The translations under genes and the position numbers were made by a program. The notes below the pieces were generated by a model. The model saw only the letters and a program-made list of their open reading frames with translations. It was not told the origin of the DNA and ran no database searches. 64,000 nucleotides of DNA, taken from contig CBDCNM010000002.1 of the NCBI GenBank assembly GCA_965219385.1, positions 4,040,305 to 4,104,304 on the forward strand, in the 5' to 3' direction. The DNA is from Candidatus Latescibacterota bacterium. GTDB taxonomy: Bacteria; Latescibacterota; UBA2968; UBA8231. Below, one piece after another: positions 20,190 to 31,723 of this stretch (positions are counted from its first letter, which is position 1; each line of letters begins with the position of its first letter).

Positions 20190-22292
20190 ATGAAAACAGA
20201 ACGTCAATTTACCGTAGAACAAACCCGGAATATTGGCATTGCCGCTCATATAGACGCTGGTAAGACCACTACAACCGAGCGCATTTTGTTTTATGCGGGC
20301 CGTTTGCATCGCATGGGTGAGGTGCACGAAGGCACGACCGCTATGGACTGGATGGACCAGGAACGCGAACGGGGTATTACCATCACTTCAGCGGCCACTG
20401 CCTGCGAATGGAAAGGGCATCGGATCAACATAATAGACACCCCGGGACACGTCGATTTTACCGCCGAGGTCGAAAGGTCGTTACGGGTGCTCGATGGTGC
20501 TATTGGGATATTCTGTGCAGTCGGAGGTGTTGAACCCCAATCCGAGACCGTGTGGCGTCAGGCCGACCGCTATCAGGTGCCGCGCATCGCGTTCGTCAAC
20601 AAGATGGACCGTAATGGAGCCGATTTTTTTATGGTTCTCAAGATGCTGGAGGAGCGCCTCGGGAGCAATTTTGTCCCGGTTCAACTGCCGATCGGCTCGG
20701 GTGAGACTTTCACGGGACTGATTGACCTCATCGAGATGAAAGCGGTTACCTACGAAGAAGGTTCGCAGGGAGTAAAATTCTACGAAGACGAGATCCCAGA
20801 TGACTTGATGGAGGATGCTCTCAAATATCGCGAGCAGATGCTTGAAGCCGTGGCCGATTTCGATGACCACCTTCTGGAAAAATTTCTCGAGGGTGAAGCC
20901 ATAAGCCCCCAGGAAATTCAGGTCGCATTGCGGCAGGCCACGGTTGCTCTCAAGGCGGTCCCCGTGACCTGCGGCAGTTCTTTCCGTTACAAGGGCGTCC
21001 AGCGGCTGCTCGACGCCGTGCTTGCTTTCCTGCCTTCCCCTGCGGATGTTCCCGAAGTCAAAGGAACTTTGCCCAATTCGGAAAAGGTCGTGGTGCGCCA
21101 CCCCAGGGACGATCAGCCTTTTTCTGGTTTGGCCTTCAAGATCATGACCGATCCTTTTGTTGGACGCCTTATTTTTATGCGGATTTATTCCGGCAAGCTT
21201 CATGCTGGGTCGTATGTTTACAATGCCACCAACGGAAAACGCGAACGGCTATCCCGGTTGCTGGAGATGCACGCCAACGACCGCACCGAACGCAAGGAAG
21301 TATACGCGGGCGATATCGTTGCCGTAGTTGGGATGAAAGAGACTACTACAGGGGATACTCTGTGCGACGAAAACAACCCTGTCATCCTCGAAAAGATCGA
21401 ATTTGCTGAGCCCGTGGTTCACGTGGCCATTGAGCCCAAGACTCGCGCCGACCAGGAACAACTCCACCTGGCCCTGAGCAAGCTCAGCGAAGAGGACCCC
21501 ACCTTTAATATAAGAGTGGACGAAGAGACGGGTCAGACGATCATGTCGGGGATGGGGGAACTTCATCTCGAAATCCTCATTGAGCGCCTCTTTCGCGAGT
21601 TTGAGGTGGAGGCCAATGTGGGGCGTCCTCAGGTGGCCTACAAAGAGGGGCTTAAGAAAAAAGTGGCGGCAACGGGACGTTTCGTGCGACAGACGGGCGG
21701 ACGTGGTCAGTACGGCCACGTGGAAATTGAAATGGAGCCGGGCGAATCAGGAAGTGGCCTGGTCTTCGAATCTAAAATAATCGGTGGAAACATTCCCAGA
21801 GAATATATTTCTCCAGTGCGCGAGGGTATTCAGGAAGCCATGCTCAATGGTCCGGTGGCAGGCTATCCCATCGAAGATATCAAGGTGACTTTGATGGATG
21901 GCTCCTACCACGATGTCGATTCCTCGGAAATAGCGTTTAAAGTAGCTGGCTCACTGGCTTTTAAAGATGGGGCTCAAAGAGCCCAGTCCTACCTTATGGA
22001 ACCCATCATGGAGTTGGAGGTCGTCGTACCCGGGCAGTACTTGGGGGATGTAATAGGCGATCTCAATTCGCACCGGGGCGATGTTATGGGCCTCAATCTC
22101 CGATCGGATGCTCAGGTAGTGAGCGCCAAGATCCCTCTAAGCGAGACTTTCGGATATGCGACGCGACTGCGATCTCTTACCCAGGGACGTGCGGTGTTTA
22201 CTCTGCAGTTCGCCAACTTTCAAGAGGTTCCACGGCAAATAACCGAAGAGATTGTTGCCAGGGTTCGCGGAGTGGAGGTCGCGAGCCATTAG
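20190..22292 (+). CDS. fusA: Elongation factor G
   Basis: [37 protein letters not shown]; start at ATG 20190. Confidence 0.98.
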   Translation: MKTERQFTVEQTRNIGIAAHIDAGKTTTTERILFYAGRLHRMGEVHEGTTAMDWMDQERERGITITSAATACEWKGHRINIIDTPGHVDFTAEVERSLRVLDGAIGIFCAVGGVEPQSETVWRQADRYQVPRIAFVNKMDRNGADFFMVLKMLEERLGSNFVPVQLPIGSGETFTGLIDLIEMKAVTYEEGSQGVKFYEDEIPDDLMEDALKYREQMLEAVADFDDHLLEKFLEGEAISPQEIQVALRQATVALKAVPVTCGSSFRYKGVQRLLDAVLAFLPSPADVPEVKGTLPNSEKVVVRHPRDDQPFSGLAFKIMTDPFVGRLIFMRIYSGKLHAGSYVYNATNGKRERLSRLLEMHANDRTERKEVYAGDIVAVVGMKETTTGDTLCDENNPVILEKIEFAEPVVHVAIEPKTRADQEQLHLALSKLSEEDPTFNIRVDEETGQTIMSGMGELHLEILIERLFREFEVEANVGRPQVAYKEGLKKKVAATGRFVRQTGGRGQYGHVEIEMEPGESGSGLVFESKIIGGNIPREYISPVREGIQEAMLNGPVAGYPIEDIKVTLMDGSYHDVDSSEIAFKVAGSLAFKDGAQRAQSYLMEPIMELEVVVPGQYLGDVIGDLNSHRGDVMGLNLRSDAQVVSAKIPLSETFGYATRLRSLTQGRAVFTLQFANFQEVPRQITEEIVARVRGVEVASH

Positions 22293-22307
22293 AGGCACTG
22301 AACATTA

Positions 22308-22459
22308 AACAATGGTGCGGACACTTTTTGAGCAAAACGGCCAATTTGAGCGATCTCAAATTCATAAGTGACGTAGAAACAACAAGTTATGGATCTGAGC
22401 ACCATATTGCATAACTTATTGAAAATCAATCACTTATAAAAAGTGTCCCCAGTATTGTT
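22308..22459. repeat. Nested AT-rich inverted-repeat element between fusA and tuf, containing an IHF-consensus site
   Basis: Stems ggacacttttt/aaaaagtgtcc, aatttgag/ctcaaatt, ataagtga/tcacttat and aagttatg/cataactt. AATCAATCACTTA (22424-22436) fits WATCAANNNNTTR. Confidence 0.65.
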
Positions 22460-22479
22460 AAAGGAGAGGATGGAATAAA

Positions 22480-23670
22480 ATGGCCAAAGAAAGATTCGAA
22501 CGCAATAAACCCCACGTCAACATCGGCACTATTGGTCATGTCGATCACGGCAAGACAACGCTGACGGCGGCGATCATGGTAAATCTTGCCAAGGAAGGGC
22601 TGTCCGAGGAAAGATCGGTAGACGATATCGACAACGCGCCAGAGGAAAAAGCCCGCGGTGTGACCATCAATGTCTCCCATCAGGAGTACGAAACGGCGGC
22701 CCGTCACTATGCCCATGTCGACTGTCCGGGCCATGCCGACTACATCAAAAACATGATTACTGGCGCCGCTCAGATGGATGGTGCCATTCTGGTGGTCAGC
22801 GCCGCTGATGGCCCAATGATTCAGACCCGTGAGCACATCCTGCTGGCTCGTCAGGTGAACGTGCCTCAGATCGTTGTTTACCTCAACAAGGTGGATATGG
22901 TCGACGACGAAGAGCTGCTTGAACTGGTCGAACTTGAGACCCGCGAATTGCTCTCCGAATACGATTTCGATGGCGACGAGATTCCGGTAATCCGAGGTTC
23001 GGCGCTTCAAGCCCTGGAAGGGGATGAGGGCGAAATGGGGACCCAGTCCATTATCCAGCTCATGGAGGCGGTCGATGAGTTTATTCCCCTGCCGGAGCGT
23101 CCGGTTGATCAGCCCTTTCTGATGCCGGTGGAAGATGTGTTTACCATTACCGGCCGTGGAACTGTGGGGACAGGACGTATAGAACGCGGGATAGTCAAGG
23201 TGGGGGAAGATCTCGAACTGGTCGGCATCAAGGAAACTCGCAAGACGGTTTGTACAGGGGTTGAAATGTTTCGCAAGCTGCTCGACGAAGGTGAAGCTGG
23301 AGACAACGTTGGCCTCCTGCTCCGTGGGGTGGAAAAAGAGGAACTGTTGCGCGGCATGGTTCTTTGCCATCCTGGCAGCATTACGCCCCACACCAAGTTC
23401 AGGGCCGAGGTCTACGTGCTGACCACCAAGGAAGGTGGTCGTGAAAAGCCTTTCTTTTCTGGATACCGTCCACAGTTCTATTTTCGCACCACCGACGTCA
23501 CCGGAACAATTGCTCTGCCAGAAGGCGTCGAGATGGTCATGCCGGGCGATAATGTCACCATGGATGTAGAGCTGATCCAGCCCATCGCTGTTGAGCAACA
23601 GCTGAGGTTCGCGATCCGCGAAGGGGGCCGTACTATTGGATCCGGCGTGGTTACGGAAATCAGTGATTGA
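22480..23670 (+). CDS. tuf: Elongation factor Tu
   Basis: [48 protein letters not shown]. Confidence 0.99.
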   Translation: MAKERFERNKPHVNIGTIGHVDHGKTTLTAAIMVNLAKEGLSEERSVDDIDNAPEEKARGVTINVSHQEYETAARHYAHVDCPGHADYIKNMITGAAQMDGAILVVSAADGPMIQTREHILLARQVNVPQIVVYLNKVDMVDDEELLELVELETRELLSEYDFDGDEIPVIRGSALQALEGDEGEMGTQSIIQLMEAVDEFIPLPERPVDQPFLMPVEDVFTITGRGTVGTGRIERGIVKVGEDLELVGIKETRKTVCTGVEMFRKLLDEGEAGDNVGLLLRGVEKEELLRGMVLCHPGSITPHTKFRAEVYVLTTKEGGREKPFFSGYRPQFYFRTTDVTGTIALPEGVEMVMPGDNVTMDVELIQPIAVEQQLRFAIREGGRTIGSGVVTEISD

Positions 23671-23694
23671 GAATGCTGTGAGGAGATCCTATAA

Positions 23695-24003
23695 GTGGCA
23701 GTCGACAGAATACGGATTCGTTTAAAAGCCTACGACCACGCAGCCCTGGATCGGTCTGTAGATGAAATTGTCCAGACAGTAAGGAGGAGCGGAGCCCGCA
23801 TAGCCGGGCCAGTGCCGCTACCGACTGCGCGTACTGTGTACACTGTATTAAGATCTCCTCACGTTGACAAAAAATCGCGAGAACAATTTGAAACACGGGT
23901 CCACAAGCGCCTCGTCGATATTTATGATTCGACGCCGCAAACCGTGGATGCTTTGATGAAGCTCGACCTGCCGGCTGGCATAGGTATAGACATCAAGGTT
24001 TGA
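23695..24003 (+). CDS. rpsJ: 30S ribosomal protein S10
   Basis: [36 protein letters not shown] start. Confidence 0.98.
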   Translation: MAVDRIRIRLKAYDHAALDRSVDEIVQTVRRSGARIAGPVPLPTARTVYTVLRSPHVDKKSREQFETRVHKRLVDIYDSTPQTVDALMKLDLPAGIGIDIKV

Positions 24004-24015
24004 GTTGAGAAAAAG

Positions 24016-24684
24016 ATGGCTGCACAGGTTGATATATTAAGTGTCGAGGGTAAAGCCACCGGTTCGTGCGAATTACCGGATCATTTATTCGGTGCCAGAA
24101 TCTCCGAACACGCCCTGTATCATGCTGTAGTCACTTACCAGGCCAACCAGCGTCAGGGGAATGCCTCGACCAAAACCCGGTCGGAAGTAAAACGTTCCGG
24201 CCGGAAGCACCACAGGCAAAAGGGGACGGGATTGGCGCGCAGGGGTTCCGTGCGCTCGCCCTTGTTGCGCGGGGGAGGTGTAGCATTTGGTCCCCACCCC
24301 CGCTCCTATTATTCAAAACTTCCTAAGTCATTGAAAAAACTTGCTTTTCGTTCTGCTCTTTCCATGAAACAACAGGCTCTACAGATCAGGGTAGTCGACG
24401 ATTTTGACTTTCCGGAACCCAGCACTAAGTCCTTTCTCGGCGTGATTAAAGCGTGTGGTCTGCAGGACCACAAAGTTCTATTCATCACGCCTGAGAGCAT
24501 TCCGGTCTTGGTCAAATCATGCCGTAATCTGCCCAGAGTACAGATATGTCCCGTAGGGACGCTGGGGGCCTACGATATTGTTGCCGCCGGTATCCTTCTG
24601 TTTACCCGACGGGCACTGGACAAACTCGCCCAGGCTTCGGCGGTTGGCGAGGTTGTGGTGGAGGAGGGAGAAGCGAAGGTTTGA
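24016..24684 (+). CDS. rplD: 50S ribosomal protein L4
   Basis: RQGNASTKTRSEV, RQKGTGLARRGS, GGGVAFGP. Confidence 0.96.
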   Translation: MAAQVDILSVEGKATGSCELPDHLFGARISEHALYHAVVTYQANQRQGNASTKTRSEVKRSGRKHHRQKGTGLARRGSVRSPLLRGGGVAFGPHPRSYYSKLPKSLKKLAFRSALSMKQQALQIRVVDDFDFPEPSTKSFLGVIKACGLQDHKVLFITPESIPVLVKSCRNLPRVQICPVGTLGAYDIVAAGILLFTRRALDKLAQASAVGEVVVEEGEAKV

Positions 24685-24968
24685 ATGCCCATCGTGCAAT
24701 CGTTAGAAAGCCGGTTATTACCGAAAAAGCTTCAATTCTCCGAGAAGGAAACACCTATGCCTTCCAGGTGGACCCAAGGGCCAACAAGATCCAGATCCGT
24801 CAGGCCATCGAATCGCTTTTTGATGTCCAGGTAGAATCTGTGCGCACGGTTTCGGTGCCGAGCAAGCCTCGACGCCAGGGCATGTTTGCCGGGAGACGCT
24901 CCGGGTGGAAAAAGGCCTATGTTAAGTTGCGTGCAGGAGAGTCGATTGATGTCCTCGAAAGCCTTTGA
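24681..24968 (+). CDS. rplW: 50S ribosomal protein L23
   Basis: PVITEKA, ANKIQIRQAIESLFDVQV, WKKAYVKL; TTG start overlaps the rplD stop. Confidence 0.95.
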   Translation: MNAHRAIVRKPVITEKASILREGNTYAFQVDPRANKIQIRQAIESLFDVQVESVRTVSVPSKPRRQGMFAGRRSGWKKAYVKLRAGESIDVLESL

Positions 24969-25000
24969 GCACCGTGCTTTGAGGAACTAAAGGAAGAGCT

Positions 25001-25834
25001 ATGCCGGTCAAAAAATTTCGACCTGTTACACCGACATTACGCTACAAAACGGTCAACTCTTTTGAAGAACTGACCGCTGAAAAACCCCAAAAATCTTTGA
25101 TGGGGCCCATAAAGAAGTCCGGTGGACGCAACAATCAGGGCCGCATGACCATGAGGCGTCGAGGGGGAGGGCACAAGAGAAGGTATCGCACCATTGATTT
25201 TAAGCGCGATAAGGTTGGCATTCCGGGTAGTGTTACCTTTGTAGAATACGATCCCAATCGTTCCGCCTTTATTGCCATGATCACCTATAAAGATGGCGAT
25301 AAGCGATATATTCTCGCTCCACATGGCCTTGAGGTGGGCGCTGAGATTATGGCAGGTCCCGATGCCCCCATTCAGGTGGGCAACACCCTGCCTTTGTCCC
25401 GGATTCCCCTCGGATCGACCGTCCACAATATCGAATTAAATCCGGGGCACGGAGGCCAAATGGCGCGCAGTGCCGGGACTGAAGTCCAACTCCTGGCCCG
25501 CGATGAAGGGCGGGCTCAGTTGAGGTTGCCCTCGGGCGAGACCCGCGATGTAAGAGAGGAATGTTCGGCTACTCTCGGCCAGGTGGGAAATATAGAACAC
25601 GGAAATGTAGTTCTGGGTAAAGCGGGGCGGAGTCGCTGGTTGGGGCGCCGCCCCAAAGTACGCGGAGTCGTTATGAATCCGGTGGATCATCCACATGGAG
25701 GTGGAGAGGGGAAAAGTTCGGGAGGCCGTCATCCAGTGACCCCCTGGGGTAAGCCAACCAAAGGGTACAAAACCCGAAAACGCAACAAAAAGTCCAGCGC
25801 CTGGATCATTCGGCGGCGTGGATCAAAGCGGTGA
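25001..25834 (+). CDS. rplB: 50S ribosomal protein L2
   Basis: [26 protein letters not shown]. Confidence 0.98.
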   Translation: MPVKKFRPVTPTLRYKTVNSFEELTAEKPQKSLMGPIKKSGGRNNQGRMTMRRRGGGHKRRYRTIDFKRDKVGIPGSVTFVEYDPNRSAFIAMITYKDGDKRYILAPHGLEVGAEIMAGPDAPIQVGNTLPLSRIPLGSTVHNIELNPGHGGQMARSAGTEVQLLARDEGRAQLRLPSGETRDVREECSATLGQVGNIEHGNVVLGKAGRSRWLGRRPKVRGVVMNPVDHPHGGGEGKSSGGRHPVTPWGKPTKGYKTRKRNKKSSAWIIRRRGSKR

Positions 25835-25849
25835 GGAGAACATTGAGCA

Positions 25850-26140
25850 ATGCCCAGATCGATAAAAAAAGGCCCTTTTGCCGATGAGCATTTGCTCAAA
25901 AAAATAGAAGAGGCGAACCGGATGGGTGAAAAGCGGGTCATAAAAACCTGGTCCAGGCGTTCCACAATCATGCCGGATTTTGTCGGACATACTCTGGCAG
26001 TGCACAACGGCACCAAGTTTATTCCCGTGTACGTCTCGGAGAACATGGTTGGTCACAAATTGGGCGAGTTTGCTCCCACCCGTACTTTTCGTGGCCATAC
26101 GGGCAGGTCCACTGAACGTGCAAGCGAAGTCCGCAGGTAG
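25850..26140 (+). CDS. rpsS: 30S ribosomal protein S19
   Basis: [23 protein letters not shown]. Confidence 0.98.
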   Translation: MPRSIKKGPFADEHLLKKIEEANRMGEKRVIKTWSRRSTIMPDFVGHTLAVHNGTKFIPVYVSENMVGHKLGEFAPTRTFRGHTGRSTERASEVRR

Positions 26141-26151
26141 ATAGGGGTGGC

Positions 26152-26502
26152 ATGATGGAAGCGAGGGCTGTGACAAAACACATCGGGGTGCCGGCCACCA
26201 AAGTGCGCCAGGTCATTGATTTGATCCGTCTCAAACCGGTCGAGGAAGCCCTGAGTATTTTGCGGTTTTCCTCCAGACCCGTAGCAAAACTTATAGAGAA
26301 AACTCTGAGGTCGGCTATAGCCAATGCCCTCAACCAGGATATTGAAAATCCCATAGATGCCGATGGACTCTTCGTCCAGACGGTTTTTGCGGACGAGGGG
26401 CGCGTATTGAAGAGGATACGGCCTCGGGCTCGAGGATCCGCCGACCGGATCTCGAAGCGACAGAGCCATCTTACCATTATCGTAGGTGATCAGATAAACT
26501 AA
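26152..26502 (+). CDS. rplV: 50S ribosomal protein L22
   Basis: [32 protein letters not shown]. Confidence 0.96.
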   Translation: MMEARAVTKHIGVPATKVRQVIDLIRLKPVEEALSILRFSSRPVAKLIEKTLRSAIANALNQDIENPIDADGLFVQTVFADEGRVLKRIRPRARGSADRISKRQSHLTIIVGDQIN

Positions 26503-26521
26503 ACTCTCCCAGGAGGGACGT

Positions 26522-27178
26522 TTGGGACAAAAAACCCATCCATATGGCTTTCGACTGGGCATTATCAAGGGATGGCGTTCAAACTGGTTCGCCGAAAAGG
26601 ATTTTGCCGAGTTGTTGAAAGAAGATCTGATGTTGAGGCGCTACGTCAGCCAGCGTCTCCAGCGGGCTGGTGTCTCGCGCATCAATATCGAAAGGCAGCC
26701 CAAGCGCGTGACTGTAGAAGTCTTTACAGCCCGTCCGGGTATTGCCATTGGTCGCCGTGGCACCGAGGTTGACAAGCTGCGCGATGAACTCAAGCAACTC
26801 ACAGGCAAGGATGTCTCTTTGAATATCCAGGAAATCAAAAAGCCTGAATTGGATGCACAACTCGTCGCCGATAACCTGGCCCGGCAGCTCCAACAACGCG
26901 TGGCTTTCCGGAGAGCCATGAAAAAAGCCGTTGCCTCCTCGATGCGCATGGGAGCAGAAGGAATCAGGATTAGTTGCTCAGGCCGCATCGGTGGAGCCGA
27001 AATGGCGCGCCGCGAAAAGTCGGAACCTGCGGGGAGAGTGCCTTTACACACTCTGCGGGCGGATATCGACTATGCTACGGCTACTGCTTTCACCGTGTCC
27101 GGCACCGTAGGGGTGAAGGTATGGATCTGTCATGGTGAGGTAGTGGATGCAGATAATACTGCGGTGCTGTCTCCCTAA
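26522..27178 (+). CDS. rpsC: 30S ribosomal protein S3
   Basis: [29 protein letters not shown] start. Confidence 0.98.
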   Translation: MGQKTHPYGFRLGIIKGWRSNWFAEKDFAELLKEDLMLRRYVSQRLQRAGVSRINIERQPKRVTVEVFTARPGIAIGRRGTEVDKLRDELKQLTGKDVSLNIQEIKKPELDAQLVADNLARQLQQRVAFRRAMKKAVASSMRMGAEGIRISCSGRIGGAEMARREKSEPAGRVPLHTLRADIDYATATAFTVSGTVGVKVWICHGEVVDADNTAVLSP

Positions 27179-27211
27179 ATAAATTTTGACGCTGCTCGAG
27201 GTCATAGCCCA

Positions 27212-27628
27212 ATGTTAATGCCGAAAAAAGTCAAGTGGAGAAAGCAGGCCCGAGGGCGGATGAGGGGCCATACCAAGGGTGGAGATATGGTATCCTTTGG
27301 CGAATTTGGCCTCAAGGCTTTGGAGCCTGGCTGGATCAGCAGTAGGCAGATAGAAGCCGCTCGTATTGCAATCAGTCGTTCCATGAGTCGTACCGGCAAG
27401 TATTGGATTCGCATTTTTCCCGATAAGCCAATTACCCAAAAACCGGCTGAAACGCGCATGGGTAAGGGAAAGGGCGCTCCCGAAGGCTGGGTGGCTGTTG
27501 TCAAACCTGGTCGAGTTATGTTTGAGCTTACGGGGGTGGATCTCGAGATGGCCAAGGAAGCATTTCGTCTTGCCGGTCATAAGTTACCTATCAAAACCAA
27601 GCTGGTGGAACGGGTCGGTGGGGTATGA
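27212..27628 (+). CDS. rplP: 50S ribosomal protein L16
   Basis: [28 protein letters not shown]. Confidence 0.98.
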   Translation: MLMPKKVKWRKQARGRMRGHTKGGDMVSFGEFGLKALEPGWISSRQIEAARIAISRSMSRTGKYWIRIFPDKPITQKPAETRMGKGKGAPEGWVAVVKPGRVMFELTGVDLEMAKEAFRLAGHKLPIKTKLVERVGGV

Positions 27629-27843
27629 AAACCAACGAACTAAGAGAAATGACTTTGGAAGAGGTGAAGGGCCGGCTCGAAGAGCTTCTCGAGGAAAGCT
27701 TTAACCTTCGTTTTCAGCATGTTTCTAGGCAGTTGAGCAGCCCCATCCGGCTGCGCCAGGTACGGCGGGAAATTGCCTGTGTCCGTACAGTCCTGCAAGA
27801 GCATGAACTTGGATTGAAAACCCTGGCCGGGGGAGACAAATAA
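27625..27843 (+). CDS. rpmC: 50S ribosomal protein L29
   Basis: [21 protein letters not shown]; position in the operon. Confidence 0.93.
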   Translation: MKTNELREMTLEEVKGRLEELLEESFNLRFQHVSRQLSSPIRLRQVRREIACVRTVLQEHELGLKTLAGGDK

Positions 27844-27846
27844 GGT

Positions 27847-28110
27847 ATGGCTGAACGCAGGACAGGTCGTCGGATTACTGAAGGAAGAGTCGTCAAGGCC
27901 AATAATGCCAAGACCCGGGTCATTGCTATCGAGCAGCGGATTCCCCATGAGTTATACGGACGTATTATCCAGCGCACAGTCAAGTTTGTAGCACACGATG
28001 AAAAGAGCGAATCAAAAGTAGGGGATTTTGTGCGTATCCGCGAATGTCGGCCTCTGAGCAAAACCAAGAGGTGGTATCTGATCGATATTCTTGAACAAAG
28101 CGCTAATTAG
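27847..28110 (+). CDS. rpsQ: 30S ribosomal protein S17
   Basis: [22 protein letters not shown]. Confidence 0.96.
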   Translation: MAERRTGRRITEGRVVKANNAKTRVIAIEQRIPHELYGRIIQRTVKFVAHDEKSESKVGDFVRIRECRPLSKTKRWYLIDILEQSAN

Positions 28111-28121
28111 TTAGAAAGACC

Positions 28122-28490
28122 ATGATAAGAGAATACACCGTTTTAACGATGGCTGATAATGCGGGTGCGCGGAGCGCGCGATGCATTCGCGTTCTCGGCG
28201 GTTCAAGAAAGCGCTACGCCACAGTGGGGGATATGGTTGTCGTAGCTGTACACGGCGTGATAGCCAATGGCCCGTTGCAGGAAGGACAAATCGCTCACGC
28301 TGTGGTTGTGCGTACCAAAAAGGAATACCGCCGTCCCGACGGTTCATATATCCGTTTTGACGAAAACGCCGCCGTATTGCTCGATGACAACAAAGAACCA
28401 CGGGGAACGCGTATTTTCGGACCGGTCGCCCGGGAATTGCGCGATAAGCAGTTTATGCGTATCGTTTCCCTGGCTTCTGAAGTAATATAA
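28122..28490 (+). CDS. rplN: 50S ribosomal protein L14
   Basis: [31 protein letters not shown]. Confidence 0.97.
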   Translation: MIREYTVLTMADNAGARSARCIRVLGGSRKRYATVGDMVVVAVHGVIANGPLQEGQIAHAVVVRTKKEYRRPDGSYIRFDENAAVLLDDNKEPRGTRIFGPVARELRDKQFMRIVSLASEVI

Positions 28491-28508
28491 AGTAAGGATA
28501 GAGTTTAG

Positions 28509-28823
28509 ATGAATATTCGCAAAGGCGATACTGTCCAGATTATAAGTGGAAACGACAGGGGGAAGAGAGGCCGGGTCCTCAGCGTGACCAAAGACAGAAA
28601 GCGGGTTGTCGTCGAAGGTGTGCGCATGATGATGCATCATACCAAGCCCAGCACCCGCGATCAGCAGGGAGGTATCATCGAGCGCGAAGCACCAATCCAC
28701 GTTTCCAATTTGATGCTAGTCTGCCCTAAAACGGATACCCCTACGCGAATCCGCAAAAGGCAGTTGGATAATGGAAAGTTCGTCAGGATTTCAGCTAGAA
28801 GCTCCGAAATGATAGATTCTTAG
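28509..28823 (+). CDS. rplX: 50S ribosomal protein L24
   Basis: KGDTVQIISGNDRGKRG KOW motif; GGIIEREAPIHVSN. Confidence 0.97.
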   Translation: MNIRKGDTVQIISGNDRGKRGRVLSVTKDRKRVVVEGVRMMMHHTKPSTRDQQGGIIEREAPIHVSNLMLVCPKTDTPTRIRKRQLDNGKFVRISARSSEMIDS

Positions 28824-28835
28824 TGATAAGGGGTC

Positions 28836-29378
28836 ATGGAAACTAGACTACAGGAACTCTACAGGACAGATATTCTGCCTGCTATGACTGAACGATTCGG
28901 CTATCAGAATTCGATGGAAACGCCCCATCTTGAGAAAATAGTTGTCAATATCGGCGTTGGCGAAGCCGTACAAGATAGTAAAATACTGGATAGTGCCCTG
29001 GCTGACTTGACTGCTATAACCGGCCAGAAACCGGCTGTCCGGCGGGCCAAGAAGGCCATCTCGAACTTCAAACTCCGTCAGGGAGTACCGGTTGGCTGTA
29101 TGGTAACCTTGCGCGGGGTTCGGATGTACGAATTTCTGGAGCGCTTCATTAATTTCGCTCTGCCCCAGCTACGCGATTTTCGCGGGGCCTCTTCGAAGAG
29201 TTTTGATGGACGGGGAAACTATAACATGGGATTGAGAGAACAGATTGTATTCCCAGAAGTGGATTACGACAGAATAGACCAGATTCGCGGATTGAATATT
29301 TCGATTGTGACTTCTGCCCCAACCGATGAAGAGGCCCGAGAATTGCTAAGGCTTTTCGGCTTGCCTTTCAGCAATTGA
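28836..29378 (+). CDS. rplE: 50S ribosomal protein L5
   Basis: [23 protein letters not shown]. Confidence 0.98.
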   Translation: METRLQELYRTDILPAMTERFGYQNSMETPHLEKIVVNIGVGEAVQDSKILDSALADLTAITGQKPAVRRAKKAISNFKLRQGVPVGCMVTLRGVRMYEFLERFINFALPQLRDFRGASSKSFDGRGNYNMGLREQIVFPEVDYDRIDQIRGLNISIVTSAPTDEEARELLRLFGLPFSN

Positions 29379-29405
29379 GCAGAACCCATACTGGAGATAC
29401 TGATT

Positions 29406-29591
29406 ATGCCCAAGAAGTGCCTGGTGGTGAAAACTGCACGAGGTTCCAAATTTAAGGTGCGCGAATATACCCGTTGTCACAGGTGCGGCAGACCTCGCGG
29501 TGTGTACAGAAAGTTTGGTTTGTGTCGGATTTGTTTTCGCGAACTCGCTTTACAAGGTGAGATCCCCGGTGTTACTAAGGCGAGCTGGTAG
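29406..29591 (+). CDS. rpsN: 30S ribosomal protein S14 (short zinc-binding type Z)
   Basis: [10 protein letters not shown]...[21 protein letters not shown]; 61 aa. Confidence 0.97.
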   Translation: MPKKCLVVKTARGSKFKVREYTRCHRCGRPRGVYRKFGLCRICFRELALQGEIPGVTKASW

Positions 29592-29618
29592 GCCCGAGCA
29601 GGGAAGGACTTTACAACT

Positions 29619-30017
29619 ATGAGTATGACCGATCCAGTCGCGGATATGTTAACCCGTATACGAAATGCCTGTCAGGCCAAGCACAAGCGGGTTGATATCC
29701 CTGCATCCAAACTGAAACGAGAAGTAGCTCGGGTCCTGGCGGAATGTCGTTTCATCGATAATTTTGCTTATATTGACGACGGGAAGCAGGGGAAGTTACG
29801 CCTGTTTCTGCGTTATGACAAAATATCTGAAAGCATTATAAAAGGACTTCAGCGCACCAGCAAGCCTGGTTTGAGACAATATGTATCCAAAGATAAAATT
29901 CCCCGAGTCCTGCGTGGTTTAGGGGTTTCCATCGTATCTACGTCAAGGGGAGTGATGACAGACCGGGAAGCCAGAAAGGCTGGAGTTGGTGGCGAAATCC
30001 TCTGCAACGTCTGGTAG
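29619..30017 (+). CDS. rpsH: 30S ribosomal protein S8
   Basis: MTDPVADMLTRIRNA, SKPGLRQY, STSRGVMT. Confidence 0.98.
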   Translation: MSMTDPVADMLTRIRNACQAKHKRVDIPASKLKREVARVLAECRFIDNFAYIDDGKQGKLRLFLRYDKISESIIKGLQRTSKPGLRQYVSKDKIPRVLRGLGVSIVSTSRGVMTDREARKAGVGGEILCNVW

Positions 30018-30046
30018 CCGGACGAATTCTCAGGGAGAATGGTCCC

Positions 30047-30604
30047 GTGTCGAGAGTAGGTGCTGAACCGATCCCCCTTCCCCAGGGGGTAGAAGCTTCG
30101 CTGAATGGCAAGGAGGTCCAGGTCAAGGGACCCAAGGGAGAATTGTTGGTATCTTTTGATCCCGCTCACCTCGAAGTACATCTTGAGGAAAAGGTTATCA
30201 AGGTTCAAAGGCGATCCGAGGAGAAACAGACCCGGGCTTTCCACGGTCTTACCCGTTCGCTGATAGCCAATGCCATCACAGGAGTCTCCGAGGGCTTTTC
30301 AAAGAAGCTGGATGTGGTCGGTGTAGGGTACCGTGCCGAGGTACAGGGAAGGAAATTAACCTTGTATCTAGGCTACTCCCATCCAGTAGCATACGAAGCA
30401 CCTGAAGGCATTGAACTGTCCACAGAGGACGCGCCAGGTGATGTCCAGACCAGGATTGTGATTCGGGGAATAGATAAACAAACCGTAGGTCAGGTTGCGG
30501 CGGATATTCGTTTCACGCGCAAGCCCGATCCATATAAGGGTAAAGGGGTTCGTTACGAGAATGAAGTTATACACTTTAAAGCCGGCAAGACAGCCGTGAC
30601 CTAG
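30047..30604 (+). CDS. rplF: 50S ribosomal protein L6
   Basis: VKGPKGEL, GVGYRA, LGYSHP, PDPYKGKGVRY; GTG start. Confidence 0.98.
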   Translation: MSRVGAEPIPLPQGVEASLNGKEVQVKGPKGELLVSFDPAHLEVHLEEKVIKVQRRSEEKQTRAFHGLTRSLIANAITGVSEGFSKKLDVVGVGYRAEVQGRKLTLYLGYSHPVAYEAPEGIELSTEDAPGDVQTRIVIRGIDKQTVGQVAADIRFTRKPDPYKGKGVRYENEVIHFKAGKTAVT

Positions 30605-30605
30605 T

Positions 30606-30980
30606 ATGGCAAATAGAACAGAGTCTGAAAAGAATAAAGATCTGCGCAATCGACGTCGGCACAGAATTCGCAAGGTCATTGTGGGCACGCCCAACAGGCC
30701 TAGAATGGTTGTGTACCGAGGGTTGTACAATATCGAAGTGCAACTGGTCGATGATATGGCCGGCCATTCCCTGGTTGGGCTTTCTACCCGTTCTAAAGAT
30801 CTGCGCGAAGTCGAGTTTGAAAACCGGGTTGATCAGGGGCGGGAGGTCGGCAAAATACTTGCTGCAAAAGCGCGGGAAAAGGGGATTAAAAAAGTGGTTT
30901 TTGATCGTGGTGGTTTCCTGTATCACGGGATCGTCAAAGCGGTGGCTGAAGGTGCTCGCGAGGGCGGATTGCAATTCTAG
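30606..30980 (+). CDS. rplR: 50S ribosomal protein L18
   Basis: [33 protein letters not shown]. Confidence 0.96.
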   Translation: MANRTESEKNKDLRNRRRHRIRKVIVGTPNRPRMVVYRGLYNIEVQLVDDMAGHSLVGLSTRSKDLREVEFENRVDQGREVGKILAAKAREKGIKKVVFDRGGFLYHGIVKAVAEGAREGGLQF

Positions 30981-30991
30981 AGGAGAGGATT

Positions 30992-31501
30992 TTGTTAGCT
31001 GAGACGGATTCAAACGGTTCGGAGCTGAGCGAAGTCGTAGTGCAGAACAGTATCAGGCGCGTCTCCCACGTGCGCAAGGGGGGACGGCGTTTCAGTTTCA
31101 ATGCGGTCGTGGTAGTAGGAGACCGCAATGGACGTGTTGGGATTGGAACCGGAAAGGCCGGAGAAATTTCCGAAGCAATACGCAAAGGCACCGAAGCAGC
31201 AAAGAAAAATATTGTTGTTATACCAGTGATAGATGGAACCATTCCCCACGAGGTTTTGGGAAGATTTGGCGCTGCACGGTTAATGTTGAAGCCCGCCACA
31301 CCAGGCACGGGCGTCATCGCCAGTGGAGGCGTTCGGATAGTGCTCGAACTTGCGGGTATCCACGATATATTAACTAAATCGTTGGGCTCCAATAACTCGC
31401 ACAATGCTGTAAAAGCTGCTCTGAACGGCCTGGAGCAGCTGCGTGACGCAGAGGCTGTAGCCAGGCTGCGAGGAGTACACTTGCAATTACTGCGGGGTTA
31501 G
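30992..31501 (+). CDS. rpsE: 30S ribosomal protein S5
   Basis: [36 protein letters not shown] start. Confidence 0.97.
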   Translation: MLAETDSNGSELSEVVVQNSIRRVSHVRKGGRRFSFNAVVVVGDRNGRVGIGTGKAGEISEAIRKGTEAAKKNIVVIPVIDGTIPHEVLGRFGAARLMLKPATPGTGVIASGGVRIVLELAGIHDILTKSLGSNNSHNAVKAALNGLEQLRDAEAVARLRGVHLQLLRG

Positions 31502-31519
31502 AAAGGCACCAAGTATACG

Positions 31520-31702
31520 ATGAAGTTGGTAATCACACAACGAAGAAGTGCCATCGGCAGAGCCAAAAATCAGAAAGCCACCCTCAGGGCAATGGGTATC
31601 AGGCACTTGCAACAACATGTGATACATGAAGATTCCCCTCAGATCAGGGGTATGATCAATAAGGTTTCGCATCTGGTTGAAGTGCGGGAAGTTGAAGATT
31701 AG
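31520..31702 (+). CDS. rpmD: 50S ribosomal protein L30
   Basis: RSAIGR, IRGMINKVSHLV. Confidence 0.95.
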   Translation: MKLVITQRRSAIGRAKNQKATLRAMGIRHLQQHVIHEDSPQIRGMINKVSHLVEVREVED

Positions 31703-31723
31703 GGAAGGTTGTAGAGAAGTATC

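Noticed and set aside
22426..23598. 390-aa antisense ORF over tuf, and similar long antisense ORFs over rpoB, rpoC, lon and fusA
   Set aside because: Expected from codon bias in highly expressed genes; no motifs.
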